This document shows positions 1-10,453 of a DNA stretch of 64,000 nucleotides, one piece after another (the stretch's first letter is position 1; each line of letters starts with the position of its first letter). Source of the stretch: an uncultured Spirochaetota bacterium (GTDB lineage: Bacteria > Spirochaetota > UBA4802 > UBA5550); the NCBI GenBank assembly GCA_963827275.1, contig CAWHAA010000006.1:224001-288000 (forward strand), in the 5' to 3' direction. The position numbers and the translations under genes were made by a program. The notes under the pieces were generated by a model, which saw nothing but the letters and a program-made list of their open reading frames with translations, made no database searches and had not been told where the DNA came from.

Positions 1-1
1 C

Positions 2-751
2 AGAAAAGATGAATGATTTTGACTTCAATTCAGTGTGATAATAATTCTCTATATAAAGCGAGTAGCTGAACAGCAGGTCCAGCACCTCGTTCTCACGGTA
101 TCCGGAATGAGCGATCGCGCTGAATTTCCTGATTGCGCACTCACGCATGAATTCGATCATATCGGGGGGAAGCAGGGTGCTGCCCTGTGTTGGCCCGCGG
201 TCATCGCCAAGGCAGCTGCCGCATACGGGACGGAGATCGATGACATCAAGGGTAAATCGCGAAGAGAACCTCTTCCCGCAGATCTTGCATGAATCGAGGT
301 CCGAAATAATTCCCTGGCCTTTCATGAGATGAAAGATGAAGAAGGCTGAAAGGTGTGCGGGATATTCGGTCCTGGAGAGCACTTCAATGGCGGCGAGAAG
401 GAGCTTGAACAGCTGCTCGTCACGAACCCCGTAACCGCTGGTTTTCTCGACGGATTCAAGTATGAAATAGAGGTGGAAGATCTTCCTCAGGTCGGTGCTT
501 ATGGAGGCATGGTACTTTTCAATGCTTACGTCGTTGACGATATACGAATCGCGGTCATCGCGGAAATAGTACACGATGTTTGCGACCGCGCCGGGTTCGG
601 TGGCCGAGAGTGAGCGCTTTTTACTCTTACGGAGCCCCTTGAAGAGAAACTTGCGCTTGCCGGCGTCAATTGTAAAATAATTGCATATGATATCCGCCTC
701 GCCGAAGACCTGCGAAGAAAGCGCTATCCCCGTTGTTTTGAGGATGTTCAT
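2..751 (-). CDS. recO: DNA repair protein RecO (3' end runs off the window)
   Basis: Absent from the ORF track. Manual translation from ATG 751 gives MNILKTTGIALSSQVFGEADIICNYFTIDAGK..GLRKSKKR (RecO N-terminal OB fold), then CKIC...CGSC zinc finger. Open to the window edge. Confidence 0.9.
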   Translation of the reverse strand, partial: MNILKTTGIALSSQVFGEADIICNYFTIDAGKRKFLFKGLRKSKKRSLSATEPGAVANIVYYFRDDRDSYIVNDVSIEKYHASISTDLRKIFHLYFILESVEKTSGYGVRDEQLFKLLLAAIEVLSRTEYPAHLSAFFIFHLMKGQGIISDLDSCKICGKRFSSRFTLDVIDLRPVCGSCLGDDRGPTQGSTLLPPDMIEFMRECAIRKFSAIAHSGYRENEVLDLLFSYSLYIENYYHTELKSKSFIFS

Positions 752-757
752 GACGCG

Positions 758-1594
758 TTATTTACTGCCGGCAAGAGTGACAGTTATGCGATTGATTATC
801 GTCCCGCTGATGTCCTTGATGGCAAACTGGATCTTCCCATCGCGTATTGTCTCCCCTTTTTCGGGTATCTTGCCGAAAAGGTCAAGAACGTACCCGCCGA
901 TGGTGTCGAACCCTTCCTGCGACAGATCGAGCCCCAGCTTCTCGTTGAAATCGGCAATTGTCATTCGGGAATCAACTTCGTAAACGTTTCTCGACAATTT
1001 TTCAATTTCAGGGAGGTCAACACTGTCGTATTCATCCTTGATGTCGCCGACGATCTCCTCGAGTATGTCTTCAAGGGTGACGAGGCCGCTGATGCCGCCG
1101 TATTCGTCGACAACGACGGCGATATGGAGGTTCCGGTTTTTGAATTCGAGGAGCAGCTCGTCCAGGTTCATCGTCTCGGGCACAAAGTAAGGTTCGTGCA
1201 ATATTTTCTTTAACTGGAATTTCTTTTTCGATGTTTCGATCAGCAGCTTGAGGAGGTCTTTGACGTAGAGAATCCCTATGATGTTATCAATCTTTTCCTG
1301 GTAAACAGGCACGCGGGAATGTCCCGCCTTGCACATGGTCTTTACGAGGGGTTTCAGCTCGGTTTCGGAATCCACGGCAAAGACGTCCACCCTCGGAATC
1401 ATGATATCGCGGGCATTGAGGTCCGGCAGCTTTATAATACCGCGTATCATGTCTTTCCGGTTGACGTCCAGCTTCTCGTAATCGCATGATTCAAGGACAT
1501 CCTTATTTGACCGGGTGATCAATTTTTTAAGACGGTTGATGATGCTATTTTTATTGTCAGGACTATTGCCCGAAGAGGAATTATCTGATACCAT
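758..1594 (-). CDS. CBS-pair/CorC-HlyC domain protein (hemolysin C-like, Mg/Co transport associated)
   Basis: IMIPRVD, GHSRVPVY, HIAVVVDEYGGISGLVTLEDILEEIVGDIKDEYD, and C-terminal DTIGGY..GKIP. Confidence 0.9.
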   Translation of the reverse strand: MVSDNSSSGNSPDNKNSIINRLKKLITRSNKDVLESCDYEKLDVNRKDMIRGIIKLPDLNARDIMIPRVDVFAVDSETELKPLVKTMCKAGHSRVPVYQEKIDNIIGILYVKDLLKLLIETSKKKFQLKKILHEPYFVPETMNLDELLLEFKNRNLHIAVVVDEYGGISGLVTLEDILEEIVGDIKDEYDSVDLPEIEKLSRNVYEVDSRMTIADFNEKLGLDLSQEGFDTIGGYVLDLFGKIPEKGETIRDGKIQFAIKDISGTIINRITVTLAGSK

Positions 1595-1890
1595 TCTGAT
1601 GTAGATGTAACCTTCCTGTTGTTTATCCTTTTTTTAAAAAGCACCAGAGGTGGTAATTTGTCAACAGTATTTTTTAAGGGTAAAAGCAGAGTTTCATGGG
1701 GATGATATGATGGCAAATTTACGACCCGGGGCTGGCGATTTTTCATGAAAATAATACCATATGAATGTCGATTGGCAATAATTTGCCTTATCACGTAAAA
1801 AAAAGAAAAAAATATGGTTTACAGCGTATGGCACGTCTGTGAAAAGATTTTACCTGTTACTATAAAATACATTATTTACCGGTAGTTTGC

Positions 1891-2679
1891 ATGAAGAAAT
1901 TTTTTGAAACTGAGGCGGTCATTTTTTCAACCGGTGGCGGCGAAAAAGGCCGTTACCAGGACACTGTCCGCAATATTCGCCGTGCAATTGATCGTGGCGC
2001 TGACGTGGTCAGGTCAAACGTGTCGATGACGATGGATAATAAAATAGTGCTCTACTCTGACATCGCTTTCAAGAATAAACCCATGTTTGAGCAGGGGATA
2101 TCGGCGATGGAGCTCGGCAGGTTGAGGGAGATGCATGCCGGCTTTATTCGCGACGGCGTAGGGGATGATTCCCCCGATGATGCGGAAGGCCTCTTTCCGG
2201 AGCTCTCAGATGTGCTGGCGGAATTTCCATCGCAGCGCTTCAATCTGAATTTTCCCGATGCGTCAACAGAGACGGCTGAGTCGGCCGCCGGGGTCATCGC
2301 AGGAATGAAAGCAGATGACCGCGTACTCGCCTCTGCAGTGAACAGCGGCGTCATTAAAAGGATGCGGACATTATTGCCGGGCATGCCCACGTCCTTTTCT
2401 TTCTCGGCGATCGTGGGTTTTTACGCCCTGTACAGGTCCGGCTTCCTGTATTTCAAGAAAAAGTTTCTTCCCGATGCGCTCATCATGCATGAAATGATCG
2501 GCGGGTCGTATCTCGGCAGCCAGGGCATGATAGCCGAGGCAGTAAAGAGAGGCATTGCCGTGTTTTTCCTCAACGTCAGCACGGAGGACCAGGTGCGCCG
2601 CCTCCGCGAAGCCGGCGCGACCGGTTTCGTCACCGGTGATATCGAAATCGTCAAGGGCGCGTTGTCCGGCATGCAATAA
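1891..2679 (+). CDS. Glycerophosphodiester phosphodiesterase (GDPD)-fold protein with degenerate active site
   Basis: GDPD pattern (AIDRGADVV..V.MTMDNKIVL; PELSDVL..FP..RFN; GATGFVTG) but lacks the HRG, ExD and HD motifs. Confidence 0.7.
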   Translation: MKKFFETEAVIFSTGGGEKGRYQDTVRNIRRAIDRGADVVRSNVSMTMDNKIVLYSDIAFKNKPMFEQGISAMELGRLREMHAGFIRDGVGDDSPDDAEGLFPELSDVLAEFPSQRFNLNFPDASTETAESAAGVIAGMKADDRVLASAVNSGVIKRMRTLLPGMPTSFSFSAIVGFYALYRSGFLYFKKKFLPDALIMHEMIGGSYLGSQGMIAEAVKRGIAVFFLNVSTEDQVRRLREAGATGFVTGDIEIVKGALSGMQ

Positions 2680-2723
2680 CACGCTGCCTTCGCGATCAAT
2701 CCGGAAAAGCCCTTCCAAGGAGA

Positions 2724-4287
2724 ATGTCGTTAATGAAAAAAATTCTTTTGATAAACCCCCCCTATCCGATGGAGGAATCTCCTTCACCGCCATTCGGGCT
2801 CATGTCTCTCGGTGCATACCTTGTCAAAAATGGTTTCGTGGTAAAGATCGAAGATTACATAGTGACGCCGTACTCGCCGGACAGGATCAGGAAGACATTG
2901 CGTGAATTCCGGCCCGAGGTCATAGGCGCTACCGGCGTCACCATGAATATAAACAGGGCGCTGGCCATCCTCAAGGAATGCCGCCGGGAATACCCTGGGG
3001 CTACCATCGTGATGGGCGGCCCGCACGTGACCTTCGACGCGATGAACATACTGTCACAAAACGAATATATCGATTTTATCGTCAGGGGGGAGGGCGAGCT
3101 TACCAGCGTTGAGCTCTTCTCAAATCTCGAACGGCCTGAAACTTTCAGCGGGATACGCGGTATCTCATACAGGGCGAACGGTACCGTTGTCCACAACGAG
3201 ATGAGGGAATTTATTCCCGATATCAACATACTCCCGTACCCGGCCCGCGACCTAGTGCAGATCGGCAAGTACCGCGCGCTCAACCTGCCGCTGAACATGG
3301 TGACTTCCCGCGGGTGCCCCTTTGAATGCATATTCTGCGTCGGCTCCAGGATGGTGGGGCGGAAGGTCCGCTATTTCGACACCATGCGTGTTGTCGATGA
3401 ATTTGAGATGCTGTCAAAAATGGGAACGCGGCAGATCAATATCGTTGACGACCTCTTTACGTCGAACAGGAAGCGCTGTACCGCCATCTGCGACGAGATC
3501 ATCAGGAGGGGCATTCGGCAGGACTGGACAGCGTTTGCCCGCGTTGACACTGTTTCTCCGGAGCTCCTTGCCGCCATGAAGGCCGCCGGCTGCACGATGC
3601 TCTGCTTCGGGATAGAGAGCGGCAACCAGGAGATTCTCGACCTCGTGAAAAAGAAGATCACCCTTGAAAAAATCGAAAAGGCGATCGCGATGTGCAGGGA
3701 GGCGGGGATTGTTCCCATGGCTTCCTATATCATGGGCCTGCCGGGTGAAACGCCCGAAACCGTGCGGCAGACAATGGAATTCGCGAAAAACCTGTGCAAC
3801 AGCTACGGCTATCACATTCTGGCGCCCTTCCCGGGGACCGAGGTGCGGGAAAAGGCCGAGCAGTACGGCATGCGCATCCTCACGAGCGACTGGGACCAAT
3901 ATGACGCCAACAGGTCTGTGTGTGAATCGATATCACCTTCCGCACCAGGAAGTCGACCGCATCGTGAACGAATTCAATGACGGGATCAACCGCATGATCA
4001 TAAGCGAGCTCAAAAAGCACGAGCGGGGTGAGAATATATCCGGGGAAAATCTTTCGATGGTACATAACATTATTTCTCTCGACTTTAACCTGAAGCTCAT
4101 CAATGATGATCTGGTTGAACGCTATGCCCAGAGCAATGGAGAACGGGGTGATATCGCCGGCTTTATCGGGTTCGTATCCGATAGTACCGGAATGGACAAA
4201 GAGATTGTCGCCGCTGAAATAACCCGGCTGGTTGACATGGGCTGCCTTTCAGATACAGGCGGGCAGCCGGGGGTTTCCTGGGCATGA
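2724..4287 (+). CDS. Cobalamin-binding radical SAM protein (class B methyltransferase-like); +1 frameshift near 3930-3940
   Basis: B12 domain (LLINPP..PPFGLMSLGAYL; MGGPHVT), SRGCPFECIFC, FGIESG. The C-terminal part continues in the 3664..4287 frame (HLPHQEVDRIV...). Confidence 0.85.
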
Positions 4288-4320
4288 TATCATGCAAGCG
4301 TTAAGGAGGGCATGCGTCTC

Positions 4321-5244
4321 TCAGATCCGCACACCGAGCATGGCGTAGTAGCGCAGGCTCTGGAAAAACATGTCCTGGTAAAACACCACGTAATAATCTA
4401 CCCCGATATTGAGGCTCAGGGCGAAAAGGAAGTTCAGCTCTATGGCCGCGCCCGCTTTGAGGTACGGATCAAGGGAGATGATCTCACTGCTCACCAGCGG
4501 AATTCCCTGGTAGGTGCGCCTGATGTATTCCTGGACCGAATACGACGCGCCGCCGCCAAGACGAAGATAGAAGTTCAGCGGTATTTTCAACTGCGTTTTA
4601 ATGAACAGGGAAGGGCCGACGAGTACATTCATGAGGCTTGAAGTGAATTGTATTGAATTAATGCCGGCATACCTGCAGTAGCTGCCTTCGATCTCAATAC
4701 CCATGTATTTGAGAAAATTTTTAGGAGTAATGTATTTTGAATTTCCAAAGTGGAATCCGATTGACCCGATATAGTTCAGGTAGCGAAGGTCAAAAACGGT
4801 GTCTTTGTACCTGCTGTTCCAGGGAGGCAGCAGCATATTATAGGAAACGCCGGCGCTTATTTTCAGGCCTGCATTGGCGGCGTATTCGTTCGTAAAAAAT
4901 TTCGAACGGACGGACTTCCTGATCTCGATAACATCCCAGTCCGTCCAGAAGCTTATCTTTTCAAATTTATTTATCGCGCCGATGCGGATACTGTATTTTG
5001 CCGGCGGCAGCAGAAAGTCGATGTAGTTAGTGTCAACGGTCCGGTCAATAACCATCGCATCTGAGGCGTCCTTGATCTGCACGTTGAATTTTATGATGCC
5101 TTCGATGGCGGCCCATTTGATCCTGAGCGGTTTTTCGCTCTTTTCGTTATCGCGGGCATAGGCGGAGGCGCCCGACGCGATGAGAATCGAAATGAGAAGC
5201 ATGGCCCTGAGTATGTAGCTGTTACGATTTTTCATGCTGATCAC
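4321..5244 (-). CDS. Putative outer-membrane protein: signal peptide, FN3-like domain, small beta-barrel
   Basis: Sec signal ending ASAYA; W...Y.IRIGAINKF..S.W.DW (FN3-like); amphipathic aromatic strands ending YYAMLGVRI. Confidence 0.6.
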   Translation of the reverse strand: MISMKNRNSYILRAMLLISILIASGASAYARDNEKSEKPLRIKWAAIEGIIKFNVQIKDASDAMVIDRTVDTNYIDFLLPPAKYSIRIGAINKFEKISFWTDWDVIEIRKSVRSKFFTNEYAANAGLKISAGVSYNMLLPPWNSRYKDTVFDLRYLNYIGSIGFHFGNSKYITPKNFLKYMGIEIEGSYCRYAGINSIQFTSSLMNVLVGPSLFIKTQLKIPLNFYLRLGGGASYSVQEYIRRTYQGIPLVSSEIISLDPYLKAGAAIELNFLFALSLNIGVDYYVVFYQDMFFQSLRYYAMLGVRI

Positions 5245-7391
5245 TCTGTGTGAATAATGTTGGGGGTATCGAGCTTGAGATCGCCCTTGATTCCCAGCTT
5301 GATGTCAAAAACCATCTTCACTTCTTCGCTCTTTCTTTTAATGCGGTTCGCGGCGGGGTCGATGTCGATCGCCTGCAGCGTCCAGAGAAATTTACCTACA
5401 TCAAGCTTTTTCAAGTCTGAAAAGACATAGTAATTGTTCCTGGTTTCAAGCGTCGCGATCGAATAATTTATCAACCCCTTGACCTGGTAGAGGCCGATCC
5501 GGTAGTAGTTTGCGCCCTTTACAGGCTTCCAGTAGAAGTTGAGCGTATCTTTTTTCAGCATATCAATCGCAGACCCCCCGAGCGGGGAGATGGGTACCGG
5601 GTTGTCAAGAAGGGCCATGATCTCGAAAGAGCCGACCGGGCTGGTCATAACCGTTGTATTGCTGTCGTCAACAAGGGCAACGCGCCAGAAGTAACGGCCC
5701 TCATAGATATCAGGGATGTCCGCAGAGAGATCAGCGACGGAAATCTCCTTCATGACCTTGCTGAAATCACGGACCCTTGACACCTGGAGGCGGTATTTGC
5801 CTTCGAGCTCGGTCTTTGACCATGAAAAATCAACGCTCGAGCCCTTGCCGGGGGCTTTATTTATTATGAAGGCGCCGTTCTGCGGCTCAATGAGGGCGAT
5901 GGCGCCGGACTGTATCACCTTTAAGCGCCGCACGCTTGAAAAATCGGTCATCGAGCCGTCCTTCATGACGCCCCTGAGGCCCCAGAAATAATTACCGTCA
6001 GTTAGTTTGCCGGTGAATTTGATGTTGTTACCGCCGATGGTTTTCTTGAAGATCACTTTTTCCAGGTCGCGGTCCTCTGCGAGCAGCAGCAGGGTTTTAA
6101 TGATCGACGGGTCTTTTGTCCAGTTGAACGTAAGGCCCTTCTGTACGATGGAAAGCGGATGTACTGCCCTGTCATCTGTCGGGAAGACCGGCTGGGGCGG
6201 CTCGAGCTTTTCAGTTTTCGAAACGGTGAAGGCGAATACCGGCGACTCCGAAATGGCCTGTTCGCGATCGGCAACATTGACGTTGGCTACTTTCCAGAAA
6301 TAGGAACCCTGGCCGAGATCATTCATGGCAATCCTGTTGGTCTCGACCACGGAATTTATCACCGGGGACGACATGTCGGCTTTCTTTGATACGAGCAGAT
6401 TGTAGCGCGATACGGATTCATTTTTTGACCAGATGAAGGCGATCATCGGGTTTTCATCGCGGTATTTGATTGTCGAATTGTTCGCGGGCGCGATCAGGGT
6501 GACCGGCTTGTTGCTGAATACGCTCAATTTGCGGATTTCGCTCGATTCAACTTTGCCGCTTTCCCTGTTTACGGCGTTAACGCGCCAGAAATATACACCG
6601 TCCTGGAGGTCGATGGAGTGTGTCTTTCCGCGTACCTTCTTGTTAATAAGCGGGTCGGATACTCCCGGGTTGTTTGCAATCTCAAGCGACGTGTCGTATT
6701 CCCCGCGCGGGGTTTCCCAGGAAAACGCAACGGCCGTCTTCGCGCCGGTTGAATCAATACTTGCGTTCTGTACCGGTGCTAAAAGCTGTATTGTAAGATC
6801 ATACAGGCGCACGCCGTCTTTTTCAGCCACGATGTTCTGGTTCTCGTTTATGATCTTTTCGTCATTACCCGTTTTAAGAGTGGCGGTACCGCGGTTGACC
6901 GTCATCTGGAGACGGTCGCCGCTGTCCTGTGAAATGCTCACATCGCCGTTTTTCAGCGATACGCTTGATCCGCCTGAGTCTATGTTGATTTTTTTTGCCG
7001 CGCCGCTGACCGCGGCGGACTGTTTCGCATTTATAGTACCCTGGATAAACTTGATGTCAACTTCGCTTTCGGAAAGGGCGAGGAGTATCATGCTGTTCTC
7101 GCTGAGGGTGATTTCTGTGCCGTCATCAAGACGGATGGAAGTCTCGGACTGGTCGGCGGTGCGCACCGTGTCATAGTTGTAGAGCGGAGTATTTTTTGAA
7201 ACCCCTCCCCATACGACGCGGTTTGAAAATTTCCGCTCAGCTATGTTGCGCGAGGCGGTTATTTTTCCTATGCGCTTCGTGTTGCCCGGGCCCGATCCGG
7301 TGGTGATATCGGTATAGAGCAGATACCCGAGTCCGGCAATGATCGACAGTCCGAGGGCTGTTATAAAAAAATCACTTTTCGATAATCTCAT
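5241..7391 (-). CDS. FecR-domain membrane protein with about five FN3/Ig-like repeats
   Basis: One N-terminal TM helix; FecR motif DTVRTADQSETSIRLDDGTEITLSENSMI; repeats of L.xP.N...F.W...Y...G.YFWRV. Confidence 0.8.
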   Translation of the reverse strand: MRLSKSDFFITALGLSIIAGLGYLLYTDITTGSGPGNTKRIGKITASRNIAERKFSNRVVWGGVSKNTPLYNYDTVRTADQSETSIRLDDGTEITLSENSMILLALSESEVDIKFIQGTINAKQSAAVSGAAKKINIDSGGSSVSLKNGDVSISQDSGDRLQMTVNRGTATLKTGNDEKIINENQNIVAEKDGVRLYDLTIQLLAPVQNASIDSTGAKTAVAFSWETPRGEYDTSLEIANNPGVSDPLINKKVRGKTHSIDLQDGVYFWRVNAVNRESGKVESSEIRKLSVFSNKPVTLIAPANNSTIKYRDENPMIAFIWSKNESVSRYNLLVSKKADMSSPVINSVVETNRIAMNDLGQGSYFWKVANVNVADREQAISESPVFAFTVSKTEKLEPPQPVFPTDDRAVHPLSIVQKGLTFNWTKDPSIIKTLLLLAEDRDLEKVIFKKTIGGNNIKFTGKLTDGNYFWGLRGVMKDGSMTDFSSVRRLKVIQSGAIALIEPQNGAFIINKAPGKGSSVDFSWSKTELEGKYRLQVSRVRDFSKVMKEISVADLSADIPDIYEGRYFWRVALVDDSNTTVMTSPVGSFEIMALLDNPVPISPLGGSAIDMLKKDTLNFYWKPVKGANYYRIGLYQVKGLINYSIATLETRNNYYVFSDLKKLDVGKFLWTLQAIDIDPAANRIKRKSEEVKMVFDIKLGIKGDLKLDTPNIIHTE

Positions 7392-9972
7392 ACTTTTCTT
7401 CGCCGCGATTGATCATCTCGTCCATGGCGTCATCAGATAGTTCCTTCACCTCTATGCCGATGATGGACTGGAGCTCCTTCAATGATTTAGGACGGGTCTG
7501 ATCGTCCAGGCGGCCCAATACCGCATATATCTGCTGAGGTTCGATTTTACCCTTGACCCGGATCTGTTTCATCTTTTCAACGGCGAAAATATCCTGGACG
7601 AGGCGGTAGGTGTCTTCGCTGATGAGGATATCGGTCCCGAACGGCTTATTGAGGGCCTCAATGCGGGAGGCGAGGTTGACCGGGTCGCCAATAACGGTAT
7701 ACTCCATACGGTCATCGGAACCTATCTGGCCCGCGAGGACCTCGCCGGTGTTTATGCCGCAGCCGATCCTGATATAGGGCTTTTTGGGCCCGCCGCGGTC
7801 ACTGTTGAAATCAATGAGCTCCCTGCGCATCATGAGGGCGCCGTTGATCGCGTTCTCCGTGTCATTCCCGTGTGATATCGGGGTGCCCCAGACGGCCATG
7901 ATCGCGTCCCCGATGAACTTGTCAACGACGCCGCTGGACTTTTCCACGCACATGACCATCCTGGTCATGTACTTGTTGAGAAACTCGACCACCTCCTCGG
8001 GCTCAAGCTTTTCCGATATCGCGGTGAACGCGCGGATGTCCGAAAACAGTATGGTCACTGTCTTGCGCTCGCCGCCGAGACGAAGCTCGCCGTGCAGCGC
8101 CGCTTCGGCAATCTCCTTGTTGACGAACTTGCCGAACGCCGACTTTATCTTTTCTCGTTCTTCGAGGCCTTTCCCCATTTCGATGAAGGTGCTGGTCAGC
8201 TCGCCGATCTCGTCTTTTGAAGTGGGTGCGATGTCAACACTGTACTGTCCCTCTATGATCTTTTTCGTTGCGCCGACGAGGCTGATTATCGGGTTGGTGA
8301 TCGTCTTGCCGAAAAAGAATATAATCATTATCGCCGCGGTGAGGATCATAGCCGTGATCAGCATGTTGCGCCACTGTATGTCGTACACCGCCTGGAATGC
8401 CTTGTTCTCCTCGGCGGACGCGATGATGCCGAACCCGCCGGTGTCGATCTTTTTGAAAGAGCCAAGATGGTAAACGCCCTTTTCGTCGCGATACCGGGTC
8501 TGGCCGTTGTCAATCTTGCTCTTCATCATCATGCCGCATATCGGTACCGTCGAAAGGTTGACGGCAGACTTGACGGCATTATTATCAGGGTGGGCGATCA
8601 CGTCCCCCTTGTAATTGACCATGTAGATGCTGGTTATGCCGGAGGTTTTGAATGTCTTGATAATATTGTCGAGATTGATGTAGCTGACCATGACGGATTG
8701 AACAGTACCGTCCGCCCTGCGCTCGTGGGGGAAGGAAAGGAGAAACGCGGGATGGTTCAGCGACGGCGAAACGTTGTTTATTGATATTTCACCGGAGAAA
8801 GAAAGTCCGTAAACTTCCCTGTTCGCCGCGTTTGATGCCGCGATATCATTCTCGGAAATGATAAACTTGTTCATCAGCGGCCTGTTGTAATAGGTCTTCG
8901 CGAATTCGGCTTCGCCGCTTTTGGCGTTCCGCCGCAGTATGCCGGAAAAGAAAAATTCTTTCTGCCCGGACGCGATCAGGTTTTCATAACCGGTCATGCT
9001 CTCATTTTTTTCCTTGAGCATGACCGAGCCTATGAGCTGGTATTTTTCAATTTCGGATTTTACCTTGAGGGCGATGACCTCCGACAGCTGTAAATTGCTC
9101 TCCTGCACGCGGACCATGTTGTCGTTCTTGAAAAAATAACTCGCGAGGAAGATCATGCCGGTCAGGGAGGCCATGATTATGATGGAGATAATTGAAATTA
9201 ACTTGAACCGTATCGAACGGTAGAAGGGGCCCTTTCCCGATAAGGCCGAATCCATCGATGATGGCGCCGCCGGTGTCTTTTTCTCCCCGTTGACCGCTTT
9301 AGTAGCGGCGCTGCCGGCCGCGGGAGTTGACGTGCCGCCGGTCTTCTTTTTACCTGAGCCCTGCGTTACGGGACGTACCTGCACCGGCAAGGGGGCTGGC
9401 TCCGGTTCGGCCTTCCTGTGCACTACCGGTGCGGACGGCTTTGATATGTGAGCCGCAGCGGTCCGATCGATCTTTATGGCATCGCGTATTGTGCCGGACT
9501 TGTTGACGGGAATGGAAACGGTCTCACTGAAACGCTCAAGTACGTGGCGATACTCGGACAATTCAGGCGCGTCCCTCTTAATGCCTGACACCGACTCAAT
9601 GGCTTCCTGCACGGACCTGCCGGTATAAATGTAATAACCTGCCAGGAAGGGAAGGGCGAAACGTGTCCTGTATGATATGATAAGGCACGCGCCTGTCTCG
9701 AGTGAGCTTTTGAAATCGCCTACCGCATTACGAAGGGTTCCAACATCGGGGGCATCGAAGTATAAGCTGAGGACCTTTATACCCGTTTTGCTGAAACTGT
9801 TTATAAGCTCCAGGTATATTCTTGAATCGACCGGTTCAGAGGAGATAACGATAGTTGTCTTTATTTTATTCTGCTTGAGCTGCTTGATCTTGTCCCTGGT
9901 GAAATATTCTGATACTTGGTCCTGCGTGATGTTCTTTGACAGAAATTCAATGAAAATTTTGTTGGTTGCCAT
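7372..9972 (-). CDS. Class III adenylate cyclase with periplasmic Cache-like domain, HAMP domain and N-terminal phosphatase-like domain
   Basis: ILFSDIRAFT, DKFIGDAIMA, GCGINTG, EYTVIGDPVNLASRIE; two TM helices; HAMP (ITNPI...KDEIGELTSTFIEM). Confidence 0.92.
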   Translation of the reverse strand: MATNKIFIEFLSKNITQDQVSEYFTRDKIKQLKQNKIKTTIVISSEPVDSRIYLELINSFSKTGIKVLSLYFDAPDVGTLRNAVGDFKSSLETGACLIISYRTRFALPFLAGYYIYTGRSVQEAIESVSGIKRDAPELSEYRHVLERFSETVSIPVNKSGTIRDAIKIDRTAAAHISKPSAPVVHRKAEPEPAPLPVQVRPVTQGSGKKKTGGTSTPAAGSAATKAVNGEKKTPAAPSSMDSALSGKGPFYRSIRFKLISIISIIIMASLTGMIFLASYFFKNDNMVRVQESNLQLSEVIALKVKSEIEKYQLIGSVMLKEKNESMTGYENLIASGQKEFFFSGILRRNAKSGEAEFAKTYYNRPLMNKFIISENDIAASNAANREVYGLSFSGEISINNVSPSLNHPAFLLSFPHERRADGTVQSVMVSYINLDNIIKTFKTSGITSIYMVNYKGDVIAHPDNNAVKSAVNLSTVPICGMMMKSKIDNGQTRYRDEKGVYHLGSFKKIDTGGFGIIASAEENKAFQAVYDIQWRNMLITAMILTAAIMIIFFFGKTITNPIISLVGATKKIIEGQYSVDIAPTSKDEIGELTSTFIEMGKGLEEREKIKSAFGKFVNKEIAEAALHGELRLGGERKTVTILFSDIRAFTAISEKLEPEEVVEFLNKYMTRMVMCVEKSSGVVDKFIGDAIMAVWGTPISHGNDTENAINGALMMRRELIDFNSDRGGPKKPYIRIGCGINTGEVLAGQIGSDDRMEYTVIGDPVNLASRIEALNKPFGTDILISEDTYRLVQDIFAVEKMKQIRVKGKIEPQQIYAVLGRLDDQTRPKSLKELQSIIGIEVKELSDDAMDEMINRGEEKYEIIEK

Positions 9973-10453
9973 AGATTATAATATACCAGTTAAATTAAAT
10001 GTAATAATTAGATTTAAATTTAAAGCACTTTTTATTATTATTTCATCAAAAAAACAGAATTTAATGGTTATCAACAGTATTTTGTACATTTTTTTATACA
10101 ATAATTTAGTAATTTATCTACCACTAAAAATCTTATGTCATCTATGATTATGATCGGCAATTCAGGCCCATTCCTTGTGTAGAATTACCCGTGTAATACC
10201 CGGATAAAAAATGATTATTTGGATAGATAGGGGATTTCAGGTCAAGCCCATAACCGGCAAAAGGACGGCGCGGCTTTGAGTCCCAGGGCGATCTTGCAAT
10301 ATCTGGAATTGTGTAATATTATTGACATCATCGACCTGTTACTGCTATACCGTATTCAAATTACAACTGTACTTTATGGGCCGTTCACTTGCTCCGATGG
10401 TCATATCTCTTCGGATAAAAACCAGGGGCAAAACGTGGCTGCGATAATCTGAT

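Noticed and set aside
9973..10453. AT-rich intergenic tracts (also 53979-54227 and 57505-57885) as foreign DNA or an origin
   Set aside because: They fit ordinary promoter regions; I saw no DnaA-box cluster, iterons or repeats.
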